From an uncultured Thermomonas sp. (GTDB lineage: Bacteria > Pseudomonadota > Gammaproteobacteria > Xanthomonadales > Xanthomonadaceae), in the NCBI GenBank assembly GCA_966203835.1, contig CBIHKW010000004.1:705-64704 (forward strand): a DNA stretch of 64,000 nt. The letters run 5' to 3'. A program made the translations under genes and the position numbers. Each line of letters opens with the position of its first letter. Positions within the stretch are counted from its first letter, which is position 1. The notes under the pieces are model-generated. The model searched no databases. It was not told where the DNA came from and saw nothing but the letters and a program-made list of their open reading frames with translations. Positions 1 through 9,716 of the stretch are shown here, piece after piece.

Positions 1-26
1 ATCTGGACTTTCTGAAGCATTTTTCG

Positions 27-500
27 ATGGTGATCGCCTTCCTCATGGCGGTGACCCTGGGCCTGATCCTGTTCGCGGTCTATCTCCACGGCTCCTTGCC
101 GCAAGAGGTGAGCCCGATCGAAGCGAAACGCACCGAGAACCGGATCGCCCCGGCCGGCGCGGTGTTCGCGGGCGCCAGCGGCGAAGCCGCGAAGACCGCC
201 GCCGATGCTGCCGCCAAAGCCGCTGCGGCCTCGCAGGTCGCTTACGGCGGCACCATGGACGGCGCGGTGATCTACGACAACCTCTGCGCGGGCTGCCACA
301 AGGCCGGCGTCGGCGGCGCGCCGATGCTGACCGCCGCAGGTATCGGCGCCCGCGCCGGCCAGGGCAAGGACACGCTGCACAAGCACGCGATCGAAGGCTA
401 CACCGGCGGCGCCGGGGTGATGCCGGCCAAGGGCGGCAATCCGGCCCTGACCGACGATCAGGTCAAAGCGACCGTCGACTGGATGCTGGATCAGGTCTGA
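27..500 (+). CDS. cytochrome c5 family protein (membrane-anchored mono-haem c-type cytochrome)
   Basis: 157-aa ORF with an N-terminal hydrophobic anchor, an Ala-rich linker, a CAGCH haem-binding motif and a downstream GVMPAKGG Met region. The frame stays open back to base 3, so the true start may lie upstream of the window. Confidence 0.8.
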   Translation: MVIAFLMAVTLGLILFAVYLHGSLPQEVSPIEAKRTENRIAPAGAVFAGASGEAAKTAADAAAKAAAASQVAYGGTMDGAVIYDNLCAGCHKAGVGGAPMLTAAGIGARAGQGKDTLHKHAIEGYTGGAGVMPAKGGNPALTDDQVKATVDWMLDQV

Positions 501-544
501 GTCCGGCGCACGCTTCTCTGGTGCGCATCAGTAATGCCGCTTTT

Positions 545-570
545 ACAACGCCGCCTCCGGGCGGCGTTGT
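545..570 (+). terminator. possible terminator hairpin after the cytochrome c5 gene
   Basis: Perfect 11-bp stem acaacgccgcc/ggcggcgttgt with loop tccg, 45 nt after the stop codon. The following U-tract is weak. Confidence 0.35.
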
Positions 571-609
571 CCGTTCAGCCCCCCGGCTCCCAAACCAGAG
601 ATCGATCTC

Positions 610-2346
610 TTGAACATCCGCCGCATGCGCCACCCGCTCCTGTCCCCGCTGTCCTTGCTGTGTTTAGGCGGCCTGTTCGCGACCGTCGCATCGGCGCAGG
701 ACGCACCGATCGCCATCGGCAAGGTGCAGGGCACGGGCGAGCGCAGCCCGCTGGCGGGCCAGGAGGTCGTGGTCGAAGGCGTGGTCACCAGCGCTTTCGG
801 TAGTGGTCTGGGCGGCTGGTTCCTGCAGGACGCCGGGGACGGCGACACAGCGACCTCCGACGCGCTGTTCGTGGCCATCGGAGAAGCACCGACAGCCGGC
901 CAGCGGGTGCGCGTCCGCGGCACCGTGGTCGAACTGAACGCCGGCAACGGCACCCGCACCGCCCTGCAGCCGACGGCCGTCACGCCGCTCGGCAAGGGCA
1001 AGGTCCGCAGCGCCGCCATCGCGGCTCCGCCCGCCGACTGGGAGCCCTACGAAAACATGCGCGTGCGGATTACCGCGCCGCTGATCGTGGCCGGCACCCA
1101 TCGCGCCGATAAATACGGCGAATTGATGGTCAACTTCGGCGAACGCCTGCGCACGCCCTCCGACGCGGTAGCGCCCGGCGATGCCGCGCGCGCGCTGGCG
1201 GCCGAGAACGCGCGGCGCATGCTGCGCCTGGACGACGGCAGCGATGCGGAGCAGCCCGCCTCGGTCTGGTATCTGCCGAAGACCGGCCTGCCGCGCACCG
1301 GCGGGCGGCTGTCCAAGGTCGAAGGCATCGTCGATCAGCGCGCTGGCGGCTACCGGCTGCAGCTCACCGCGAAGCCCGCGTTCAAGCACATGGCACCGCC
1401 GGCGGCGCCGAAAGTCGGCGGCGACGTACGCATCGCCAGCTTCAATCTCGAGAATTTCTTCAACGGCGACGGCCAGGGCAGCGGCTTTCCCACCCCGCGC
1501 GGCGCCCGCAATCCGGCCGAACTCGACACCCAGCGCGCCAGACTGGTCGCGACGATCCGCGGACTGAACCCCGATATCGCCGCGCTGATGGAAGTGGAGA
1601 ACGACGGCTTCGGCCCGGAGTCCGCCATCGCGACGCTGATCGATGCGCTGAACGCCGGCGGCGGCGACTGGCGCGCCATCGTCACCGACGCCGACCAGGG
1701 CGGCGACCAGATCCGCGTTGGGATGATCTACCGCACCTCGCGGGTATCGCCGGTCGGCACGGCGGTGACGCTGACCGACGACCTGTTCGGCAGCCGCAAT
1801 CGTCCGCCGCTGGCGCAGACCTTCCGCGCCGGCACTGGAGCTGCAACCGGCCCGGCCTTCACGGTCGTGGCCAACCACTTCAAGTCCAAAGGCTGCGGCA
1901 GCGCCAGCGGCGCCGATGCCGACCAGAAGGACGGCCAGAGCTGCTGGAACGCGACCCGCACCGAATCCGCGCGCCGGCTCGATGCCTGGCTGCGCACCGA
2001 TCCGACCCGCTCCGGTAGCGATCTTGCGATGATCGTCGGCGATCTGAATGCCTACCGCATGGAAGATCCGGTGCGGGCGCTGGTCGCCGCTGGCTGGCGC
2101 GACGCCTTCGCCGGGCATCGCGGGCCGGCGCCGTACAGTTATGTCTACGACGGTCTGACCGGTCGGCTGGACCACGCCCTGCTCAGCCCGGCACTGGCCG
2201 CACGTCTGGCCGGCGCGGCGGAATGGCACAGCAATGCCGACGAACCCGACAGTCGCGGCTACCAGACCCGGCCCGGCGACCGCGCACCGTGGCGCAGTTC
2301 CGACCACGATCCGCTCGTCGTCGGTTTCCGGCTGCGGAAGCCCTGA
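610..2346 (+). CDS. ExeM/NucH-family extracellular endonuclease (endonuclease/exonuclease/phosphatase fold)
   Basis: 578-aa ORF with signal peptide (M)RHPLLSPLSLLCLGGLFATVASAQ and a C-terminal EEP-type domain ending in SDHDPLVV. The track start at 610 is TTG; ATG at 625 is an alternative start. Confidence 0.8.
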   Translation: MNIRRMRHPLLSPLSLLCLGGLFATVASAQDAPIAIGKVQGTGERSPLAGQEVVVEGVVTSAFGSGLGGWFLQDAGDGDTATSDALFVAIGEAPTAGQRVRVRGTVVELNAGNGTRTALQPTAVTPLGKGKVRSAAIAAPPADWEPYENMRVRITAPLIVAGTHRADKYGELMVNFGERLRTPSDAVAPGDAARALAAENARRMLRLDDGSDAEQPASVWYLPKTGLPRTGGRLSKVEGIVDQRAGGYRLQLTAKPAFKHMAPPAAPKVGGDVRIASFNLENFFNGDGQGSGFPTPRGARNPAELDTQRARLVATIRGLNPDIAALMEVENDGFGPESAIATLIDALNAGGGDWRAIVTDADQGGDQIRVGMIYRTSRVSPVGTAVTLTDDLFGSRNRPPLAQTFRAGTGAATGPAFTVVANHFKSKGCGSASGADADQKDGQSCWNATRTESARRLDAWLRTDPTRSGSDLAMIVGDLNAYRMEDPVRALVAAGWRDAFAGHRGPAPYSYVYDGLTGRLDHALLSPALAARLAGAAEWHSNADEPDSRGYQTRPGDRAPWRSSDHDPLVVGFRLRKP

Positions 2347-2371
2347 GCGCCCGGCCGGCTATCATCGGCGC

Positions 2372-3085
2372 ATGACCGCTCCCGCCTTCCCGACCGCCGC
2401 CGCCACTCTGACCCTGCCGGGTCCGGCAGGCGCACTCGAAGTCGCTGTCGACCCGCCCGAGACCGAAGTCGCCGGGCAGCCGGTCGTCGCCCAGCCGATC
2501 ATCGCGGTGCTCTGTCATCCGCTGCCGACCGAGGGCGGCACGATGCACAACAAAGTGGTGACGATGGCCGCGCGCAGCCTGCGCGAGCTGGGCGCGACCA
2601 CCGTGCGCTTCAATTTCCGCGGCACCGGCGCCTCCGAGGGCGCGTTCGACCACGGCGCGGGCGAGCTGGACGACCTGCGCGCCATCGTCGCCTGGGTGCG
2701 CGCGACGCGCGCCGACGCGACGCTGTGGCTGGGCGGCTTCAGCTTCGGCGCCTACGTCAGCCTGCGCGGCGCGATGGAACTGCAGCCGTCGGTGCTGATC
2801 TCGATCGCGCCGCCGGCCGGGCGCTGGGATTTCGACAGCATCGCGCTGCCGACGATGCCGTGGCTGGTGATCCAGGGCGAGGAAGACGAGATCGTCGACC
2901 CGCAGGCGGTCTACGACTGGTTCGCGAAGATTTCGCAGCCGAACGCCGCGGCCGAACTGGTGCGGATGCCGGAGACCAGTCATTTCTTCCATCGCAAACT
3001 GATGGACCTGCGCGGCGCGATCAAACACGGCGTGCAACCTTATCTTCCCAAGCATGACCTGTCGGAGCCCGACGCCGCATCATGA
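2372..3085 (+). CDS. alpha/beta-fold hydrolase
   Basis: I chose the internal ATG of ORF 2234..3085 because the upstream part overlaps the nuclease gene. It has a GFSFG nucleophile elbow. Its stop overlaps the zapE start (ATGA at 3082-3085). Confidence 0.7.
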   Translation: MTAPAFPTAAATLTLPGPAGALEVAVDPPETEVAGQPVVAQPIIAVLCHPLPTEGGTMHNKVVTMAARSLRELGATTVRFNFRGTGASEGAFDHGAGELDDLRAIVAWVRATRADATLWLGGFSFGAYVSLRGAMELQPSVLISIAPPAGRWDFDSIALPTMPWLVIQGEEDEIVDPQAVYDWFAKISQPNAAAELVRMPETSHFFHRKLMDLRGAIKHGVQPYLPKHDLSEPDAAS

Positions 3086-4212
3086 GCGACATCCCGATGA
3101 GCGGCGGCGCGGCGGCACCGTCCGTGCGCTACGCCGAAGGCGTGGCCCGCGGCGACTGGAGCGACGACCCCGCGCAGCACGCGGCCTTGCGCGAACTCGA
3201 TCGCCTGCATGCGGCGCTGTCCGCGCCGCCCAAGCGCAAAGGCCTGCTCGACACCCTGTTCGGCAAACCGGTCACCCCCTCGCCGAACGGCCTGTATCTC
3301 TGGGGCGGCGTCGGTCGCGGCAAGACATTTCTGATCGATCTGTTCCACGCCGGGCTGCCGATCCGCGAAAAACGGCGCACGCATTTCCACCGCTTCATGC
3401 GCGAGGTCCACGAGCGCCTGCGCGCGCACGCGGGCGAGCGCGACCCGCTGGCGGTCATCGCCCGCGAATGGCGCGCGCAGCTGCGCGTGCTGGTGCTGGA
3501 CGAATTCTTCGTCAGCGACATCGGCGACGCGATGCTGCTGGGGCGCTTGATGGAACGGCTGTTCGAAGAAGGCACGATCCTGATCACCAGCTCCAACGCC
3601 GCGCCGTCGGAGTTGTACAAGGACGGCCTGCAGCGCTCGCGCTTCCTGCCCGCGATCGCGCTGCTGGAACGCCACTGCAACGTCGTGCATCTCGACAGCC
3701 CGCACGATTACCGCCTGCGCGCCCTCACCCGCTCGCCGGTGTATCGCGCGCCACTGGACGGCGACAGCGACGCCTGGCTGGAATCGCGCTGGCATGAACT
3801 CGGCGGCGACGGCGTGCTCGGCGAAACCCGTTACCGCGATGCCGGCATCGTCATCGACGGCCGGCGGATTCCGGTACGCGCGCGCACCAAGGGCATGGCC
3901 TGGTTCGATTTCGCGGCACTGTGCGAAGGCCCGCGCGGCAGCGCCGACTACATCGAGATCGCGACCGAATTCCACACCGTGCTGCTCGGCGGCATCCCGG
4001 TGTTCGATGCGATGCGCGACGATGCCGCGCGCCGCTTCGTAACCATGATCGACGAACTCTACGACCGCCACGTCAACCTGATCTGCAGCGCCGATGCAGC
4101 ACCGTCGCAGCTCTATCGCGGCGAGCGGCTCGGCGCCGCGTTCGAGCGCACCGCGTCGCGACTGATCGAGATGCAGTCCGCCGAATACCTGGCGCTGGAA
4201 CATCGCGGTTGA
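3082..4212 (+). CDS. zapE: cell division protein ZapE (AFG1-like ATPase)
   Basis: 376 aa with Walker A GGVGRGKT, Walker B VLVLDEF and AFG1-family length and layout. Confidence 0.9.
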   Translation: MSDIPMSGGAAAPSVRYAEGVARGDWSDDPAQHAALRELDRLHAALSAPPKRKGLLDTLFGKPVTPSPNGLYLWGGVGRGKTFLIDLFHAGLPIREKRRTHFHRFMREVHERLRAHAGERDPLAVIAREWRAQLRVLVLDEFFVSDIGDAMLLGRLMERLFEEGTILITSSNAAPSELYKDGLQRSRFLPAIALLERHCNVVHLDSPHDYRLRALTRSPVYRAPLDGDSDAWLESRWHELGGDGVLGETRYRDAGIVIDGRRIPVRARTKGMAWFDFAALCEGPRGSADYIEIATEFHTVLLGGIPVFDAMRDDAARRFVTMIDELYDRHVNLICSADAAPSQLYRGERLGAAFERTASRLIEMQSAEYLALEHRG

Positions 4213-4253
4213 TAACTCGAGCCCCCGAAACAGCGGCCTGAGCGCTGCGCTCG

Positions 4254-5558
4254 TTACTTCGCGGCGAGCAATCGCACGCCGCGCAATTCAGGCACGCCGT
4301 CGACGACATCGGTCCACACCACGTGCGCGGCGGCACCTTTGAGGACGAGTTTCGGGAAGCCGGTAGCGCGGCCCTTGCCCTGCAGATCGGCGAGTTTGGT
4401 GCGCTGCAGTTGTTTCGACAGATCGGGCGTGTAGCGCGCGAGCCACAGCGACTGCGCGCCGGCCTCTTCGCGCATCCACAGCAACCATACCTGTTGCGCG
4501 TCGACCGCCACCGTCACCCGGCCCTGCGTCGCCACGCCCGTATCCACCGCGACGGGTTTGGCGAACGTGGCGCCGCCATCGACGGAACGCGCGAGCTTCA
4601 CCGTCGGCGTATCGCCGGCCGCGGTGTACCACGCCACCACCACATCCTTGTCGCGCGCGGCGACCGACGGGCCGTTGACCGGACAGGCCGGCATCTTCCA
4701 ATCGTCGGCATGCACGCGCGCCGGCTTCGACCAGACCTTGCCGTCGAAGCGCGTGGCGTAGATGTCGCGGATCTCGTCCTTGGTGCGCCCGCGATATACC
4801 AGCACCGCACCGTCGCCAATGCTGGCGGCATCGGTCTGACAGCAGTCGCAGGTCATGGTGTCGATTTCGGCCGCGGCGCTGGCCTGCAGATTGGCGTCGA
4901 ACACCGCCGCCCGCAGCGTCATCGCACCGCCGCCGCTGTCGCCATGACCATCGCCGTGACCGCTGTTTTGTTTCTGCGCGCCGGCATCGGCCGTGTTGCG
5001 GCCATCGAGCCAAGCCACGCCGATGCTGCCGTCGCTCTGCGGCCACATCGACACGAAACCGTGCTCGGTCTGTGTGTTGTCGTCGTGCGCCTTGCGCGGC
5101 GCGCTCCAGTTCATGCCGTGATCGAGCGAGCGCACCAGCATGACGTCGTAGGCGTAGGGCGCGTCGGCGGATTTCTGCAGCCAATGCGCCCACAGCGCGC
5201 GGTCGGCGGTGGCGGCGATATGCGGCGTGTCGGCCCAGTTGGTGAACATCGAATTGCCCACCGCCACCGTGCGCGGACCTTCCCAATGCCCATCCGGAAA
5301 GAACTCGCCGAACTGGAAGGCGGGCCTGCGCCCACTGGCGGTGTTGATCCAGCTGAGCAGCACGCGGCCGTCGGGCGCGACCGCCAGATCCGGCTGCGCC
5401 GAACCGGGCATCGCCGGCAGCGGCCAGGCTTCGATCGCCAGATCGCCGGCGACGACAGGCTTCGGAGCGACGGGTTTCTCGCCGCAGCCGGAGAGCAGGA
5501 CGAGGGCGAGGACAGCGAGCGGTCGAAGGCGTGTGCGCATGGTCTTAGGGTACGTCAT
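4254..5558 (-). CDS. BNR/Asp-box repeat sialidase-like lipoprotein
   Basis: 434 aa with a lipobox LLSGC after the signal peptide and Asp-box-like motifs SLDHGMNW and SVDGGATF. An alternative start is at 5540. Confidence 0.65.
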   Translation of the reverse strand: MTYPKTMRTRLRPLAVLALVLLSGCGEKPVAPKPVVAGDLAIEAWPLPAMPGSAQPDLAVAPDGRVLLSWINTASGRRPAFQFGEFFPDGHWEGPRTVAVGNSMFTNWADTPHIAATADRALWAHWLQKSADAPYAYDVMLVRSLDHGMNWSAPRKAHDDNTQTEHGFVSMWPQSDGSIGVAWLDGRNTADAGAQKQNSGHGDGHGDSGGGAMTLRAAVFDANLQASAAAEIDTMTCDCCQTDAASIGDGAVLVYRGRTKDEIRDIYATRFDGKVWSKPARVHADDWKMPACPVNGPSVAARDKDVVVAWYTAAGDTPTVKLARSVDGGATFAKPVAVDTGVATQGRVTVAVDAQQVWLLWMREEAGAQSLWLARYTPDLSKQLQRTKLADLQGKGRATGFPKLVLKGAAAHVVWTDVVDGVPELRGVRLLAAK

Positions 5559-5602
5559 CCGATGCTTGCCGGTACCGCCGCCGACCGTTTGAAATCCGCG
5601 AC

Positions 5603-6145
5603 TCAGACCGACGCGGCAACCGACACGGAGCCGGCTGCCGGCAGCGTCGATACGAACCGGGCCACCGCCGCATCCGAATCCAAGACCACGGCGCGCTTAC
5701 CGTCGGCTGCGGCCACAGCGAGCTTGGCCAGGATCGCCTTCCGGCGGCGCAGCCGGTAGAACGCGATCCACAGCAGAAAATCGAGATCCAGGCGTTCCGG
5801 GCAACCCGGCGTCATGTCGGGGCGCGACTCGCCGCGATAACGCAGGCGGCGCTTCATCACTCGCCACAGACAGACGGCGGGCGGCAGGTCGAGGAAGATC
5901 GCGGTGTCGCAGGCGGCGAGGCGCAGATCCAGCGTGCCGCCGAAGTTGCCGTCCATCACCCAGGCCTCGCGCTGCAGCAATCCCGCGACGGTGCCGCGCC
6001 ATTCCGCCGCCGGCGTTTCCACCCAGCCGGGTCGCCAAAACAGCGCATCGAGATGGATCAACGGCAACCCCGTGCGTTCGGCCAGCATGCGCGCGAGCGT
6101 GGACTTGCCGGCGCCGCCGGAACCGATCAGCAGGATCCTGCGCAT
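5603..6145 (-). CDS. P-loop NTPase, adenylate-kinase/topology-modulation (FlaR-like) family
   Basis: 180 aa with an N-terminal Walker A, LLIGSGGAGKST, of the small stand-alone kinase type. Confidence 0.7.
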   Translation of the reverse strand: MRRILLIGSGGAGKSTLARMLAERTGLPLIHLDALFWRPGWVETPAAEWRGTVAGLLQREAWVMDGNFGGTLDLRLAACDTAIFLDLPPAVCLWRVMKRRLRYRGESRPDMTPGCPERLDLDFLLWIAFYRLRRRKAILAKLAVAAADGKRAVVLDSDAAVARFVSTLPAAGSVSVAASV

Positions 6146-6161
6146 CGTCGCGGCTGGGCGG

Positions 6162-7121
6162 TCAGGGCGTCATCTCGCCCAGGCGCTTGCGCAGGCTGTC
6201 GAACTTCGCCTTCTGCTGCGCGCTCAATCGCTCCTGATCGGCCATCCGTTGTTCCAGTGTCGCGCTCGCCGAGCGATATGCGGACAGGCCCGCTTCGGTA
6301 TCGAACAGCAGCTCTTCTCCCTGCATTTGCCAACGATGGGCAAGGAAGACTTCCGCGACACGCTGGATGGCATCCACAATGCCGCGCTCGGAATCGGCGA
6401 CCTCGTCGAACTGGCGATCGAAGTCGCTGCTGTTCGCGCCTTTTTCGATACCGCTCGCGAACCCTGCGGGAAGTTTCAATGCGCGCATGTCGCGGATGAA
6501 GCCGTGGGTGATCGCGCGTTCGCGACCGATCCACGCGGTGATCGACGCGCGCGCCTTCTTCACGCGCTCCGCCAACACCGCTCTTGCGTCCGGCTTGCGC
6601 AGTTCGTCCGGTTCCAACACCCGCTCCCACCCCACCGCGTCGAGCTCGGCAAGATAGCGGTTGTGGCTCTGCGCACGCAGCATCACCATGCGCTTGAGGT
6701 AATAGCCTGCCAGCACGTAGGGGTCATCGCCGGTAGGCGCCTGCAGCCCATCGGGCACCTTGACCGCAGCGCCGTCATTGCCGGCTTTCATGAGTTCGCC
6801 GATCTGATCCGCCGCCACCGACGTATCGCTCAACAGCGCATCCATTTTTCTGCTCGAATCCTGGCGGACAGCGGTGGCGCCGAGCACAATGGCGACCAGC
6901 AAGCCGATCCAGCCCAGGCGGAACCACAACGGGCTATTGCGCAACACCAGGCACATGACGATGGCGGGAATGAGCGCCGTGCCCAGCGCATAGGCGCCGC
7001 CGCTGTCGGCCGGCGCACGGCCTATGGCGGTGATGCACAGGAACAGCGACACCAGCATGCCGGCCAGGGCTGCGCCCCATTGCGGCGGTTTCTCGACGGA
7101 TTGCCTCTCGACCGATCGCAT
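6162..7121 (-). CDS. hypothetical membrane protein (three N-terminal TM helices plus a soluble helical domain)
   Basis: 319-aa ORF on the same strand as its neighbours. I recognise no family. Confidence 0.55.
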   Translation of the reverse strand: MRSVERQSVEKPPQWGAALAGMLVSLFLCITAIGRAPADSGGAYALGTALIPAIVMCLVLRNSPLWFRLGWIGLLVAIVLGATAVRQDSSRKMDALLSDTSVAADQIGELMKAGNDGAAVKVPDGLQAPTGDDPYVLAGYYLKRMVMLRAQSHNRYLAELDAVGWERVLEPDELRKPDARAVLAERVKKARASITAWIGRERAITHGFIRDMRALKLPAGFASGIEKGANSSDFDRQFDEVADSERGIVDAIQRVAEVFLAHRWQMQGEELLFDTEAGLSAYRSASATLEQRMADQERLSAQQKAKFDSLRKRLGEMTP

Positions 7122-7199
7122 TTGAACGCCCCCTGCGTCAATGACTGATCCGGAATGTTAGCCCGCGATCATGCCGCTTGGCACCTCCGCCGGGTTCGC

Positions 7200-9086
7200 T
7201 CAGGCCGCCGCGCCGCGCCGCTGGCGCGTGAGATGCACCAGCAGCAGCGAGATCGCCGCCGGGGTCATGCCCGGAATGCGCTGCGCCTGACCGACGGTTT
7301 CGGGGCGCACGCGCTCGAGTTTCTGCTGCACCTCGAACGACAGGCCGCGTACTGCTGCGTAGTCGAAACCTTCCGGAATGCCGGTATGTTCGTGACGCTG
7401 CTGGCGCGCGATCTCTTCGCGCTGACGCGCGAGGTAGCCGGAATACTTCGCTTCGATCTCGACCTGTTCGGCGACGGCGACATCTTCCACCGCCGGGCCG
7501 AGCATCGGCACGCTCAGCAGCTTCGCGTAGTCGAGTTCGGGCCGGCGCAGCAGATCCAGCGCGTGGGTTTCGCGGCTGAGTTCGATGCCCAGGGTCGCCA
7601 CTGCCTCACGGCCCAGCGCATTGTTCGGCGAGGCCCACAGCGCACCGAGGCGCGCGCTTTCGGCGACGACCGCATCGCGTTTGCGCGCGAAGCGTTCCCA
7701 GCGCGCGTCGTCGACCAGGCCCAGATTGCGGCCGGCTTCCGTGAGGCGAAGATCGGCATTGTCTTCGCGCAACTGCAGCCGGTATTCGGCGCGGCTGGTG
7801 AACATGCGGTACGGTTCTTTGGTGCCGTGGGTGATCAGATCGTCGATCAGCACGCCGATGTAGGCCTCGTCGCGCCGCGGCGACCAGGCGTCGAGTGCGC
7901 GCACATGACGCGCGGCGTTGAGCCCGGCGACCAGCCCCTGTGCCGCCGCTTCCTCGTAGCCGGTGGTGCCGTTGATCTGCCCGGCGAAGAACAGGCCCGA
8001 AACTAGCTTGGTTTCCAGCGAATTCTTCAGCCCGCGCGGGTCGAAGTAGTCGTACTCGATCGCGTAGCCGGCGCGGGTGATGTGCGCGCGCTCGAAGCCG
8101 CGGATGCTGCGCACCAGATCGAGCTGCACGTCGAACGGCAGCGAGGTGGAAATGCCGTTCGGATAGATTTCGGTCACGTCGAGGCCTTCGGGCTCGACGA
8201 AAATCTGATGCGACGCTTTTTCGGCGAAACGCACCACCTTGTCTTCGATCGACGGACAGTAGCGCGGGCCGATGCCTTCGATCTGGCCGCTGTACATCGG
8301 CGAGCGATGCAGCGCGCCGCGGATGATCTCGTGGGTGCGCTCGGACGTATGCGTGATCCAGCACGAGATCTGCGGCGGGTGATCGGCGGTGCTGCCCATG
8401 AACGAGAACACCGGGCGTGGATCGTCGCCGGGCTGCTCTTCCATCACCGAATAGTCGAGGCTGCGGCCGTCGATACGCGGCGGCGTGCCGGTCTTGAGCC
8501 GGTCGACCTGGAACGGACGTTCGCGCAGTCGCGCGGCGAGCGTGGTCGCCGGCGGGTCGCCGGCGCGACCGGCGGCGAACTGGGTTTCGCCGATGTGGAC
8601 CTTGCCGGCCAAGAAAGTGCCGGCGGTCAGCACCACCGCGGGCGCCTCGAAGCGCAGGCCGGTCTGGGTGATCGCGCCGCACACGGCGTCGCCTTCAATA
8701 ATGAGATCGTCGACCGCCGACTGGAACACGGTGAGGTTCGGCTGCGATTCCACCGCGCGGCGGATGAAGCTGCGGTAGAGCGCGCGGTCGGCTTGGCAGC
8801 GGGTGGCGCGCACGGCCGGGCCTTTCGAGGCGTTCAGACGACGCCACTGGATGCCGGCGGCGTCCGCGGCGCGGGCCATGATCCCGCCGAGCGCGTCGAT
8901 CTCCCTGACCAGATGTCCCTTGCCGATGCCGCCGATGGCCGGGTTGCAGCTCATCGCGCCGACGGTCTCGATGTTGTGCGTGAGCAGCAGCGTGCGCGCA
9001 CCGGCGCGCGCGGACGCCAGCGCGGCCTCGGTGCCGGCGTGGCCGCCGCCGATGACGATGACGTCGAAGCGATAGAAATCGTTCAT
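7200..9086 (-). CDS. mnmG: tRNA uridine 5-carboxymethylaminomethyl modification enzyme MnmG (GidA)
   Basis: 628 aa with N-terminal FAD fold [15 protein letters not shown] and the signature [24 protein letters not shown]. Confidence 0.97.
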   Translation of the reverse strand: MNDFYRFDVIVIGGGHAGTEAALASARAGARTLLLTHNIETVGAMSCNPAIGGIGKGHLVREIDALGGIMARAADAAGIQWRRLNASKGPAVRATRCQADRALYRSFIRRAVESQPNLTVFQSAVDDLIIEGDAVCGAITQTGLRFEAPAVVLTAGTFLAGKVHIGETQFAAGRAGDPPATTLAARLRERPFQVDRLKTGTPPRIDGRSLDYSVMEEQPGDDPRPVFSFMGSTADHPPQISCWITHTSERTHEIIRGALHRSPMYSGQIEGIGPRYCPSIEDKVVRFAEKASHQIFVEPEGLDVTEIYPNGISTSLPFDVQLDLVRSIRGFERAHITRAGYAIEYDYFDPRGLKNSLETKLVSGLFFAGQINGTTGYEEAAAQGLVAGLNAARHVRALDAWSPRRDEAYIGVLIDDLITHGTKEPYRMFTSRAEYRLQLREDNADLRLTEAGRNLGLVDDARWERFARKRDAVVAESARLGALWASPNNALGREAVATLGIELSRETHALDLLRRPELDYAKLLSVPMLGPAVEDVAVAEQVEIEAKYSGYLARQREEIARQQRHEHTGIPEGFDYAAVRGLSFEVQQKLERVRPETVGQAQRIPGMTPAAISLLLVHLTRQRRGAAA

Positions 9087-9217
9087 CTGTGTACCTGTTG
9101 TCGCAGTCGTATCGCGACGTGGATTGCCGCGAGCGGCATCAGCAACCTTGGTTTGCAGCGCATTCTAACGAATCGAGTCACCGCAAGGCCGCGTTGATCG
9201 CTACGTCAGCACCAGAG

Positions 9218-9235
9218 TTGGCACGCAACCTGCTT
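9218..9235 (+). promoter_or_regulatory. sigma54-type -24/-12 promoter element
   Basis: TTGGCACGCAACCTGCTT compared with the consensus YTGGCACG-N4-TTGCW. The GG and GC dinucleotides are correctly spaced, with one mismatch (CTGC for TTGC). Confidence 0.45.
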
Positions 9236-9244
9236 ATCTCAAGT

Positions 9245-9356
9245 GGCACTCAACGCGGCATGCGCGAAAGCGCAGGCTGGGGTGGAACAGGGCTGGCCAC
9301 GTGCGCGCTGAGGGAGCCAGGGGCCGAATGTCGGGGGACATTCGGCCCCTTTTTTT
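9245..9356 (+). ncRNA. candidate small RNA (orphan promoter-to-terminator unit, about 110 nt)
   Basis: Bounded by the sigma54-like element and a perfect intrinsic terminator. No ORF ends before the terminator. Contains a gcgc-GAAA-gcgc tetraloop hairpin. The 5' end is only inferred. Confidence 0.35.
9320..9356 (+). terminator. rho-independent terminator
   Basis: Perfect 13-bp stem ggggccgaatgtc/gacattcggcccc, loop gggg, then seven T. It is oriented on the + strand, yet no + strand gene lies upstream (mnmG is divergent). Confidence 0.85.
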
Positions 9357-9716
9357 GTTCGTCGATTTCAAATCGGCATGCACCCATTGGGCATGCTGCA
9401 AACAAAAATCGGAATCTTCCGATCGGCATCCGCCGAACCGACACGACTCTTCATCTTCCCGACCACGAACAAGGTCGATCCGAAGGCATCGACCCGATCA
9501 GGATCGACATGCGGTGTTGGGGAGGGTCCGGGCAGTCCCGGAGGGCGCAAACGCATCGCGCCGAAGAAAGGTGCCGACGCCCGACGGGGAGCGGAACAGG
9601 GGGGATCCGGATTTCCCCGCCGGGGGTCGGCGATTCATACCGTGATACGTCGGATTCCGACGCAACCGGTCAGACTGGATTAGCTTGCGACCAATTCGGG
9701 CGCTTGGCAAGGGCTT

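Noticed and set aside
664-2307. Very long antisense or alternate-frame ORFs throughout the track. Examples: 664..2307(-), 3040..4203(-), 7606..8682(-), 22510..24093(-), 23157..25262(+), 31418..33982(-), 35970..37811(-), 43234..45009(+), 55564..58572(+), 52111..53709(-).
   Set aside because: They overlap genes with clear family signatures. Their translations are Arg/Ala/Gly/Pro-rich with no motifs, which is typical of shadow ORFs in ~70% GC DNA.
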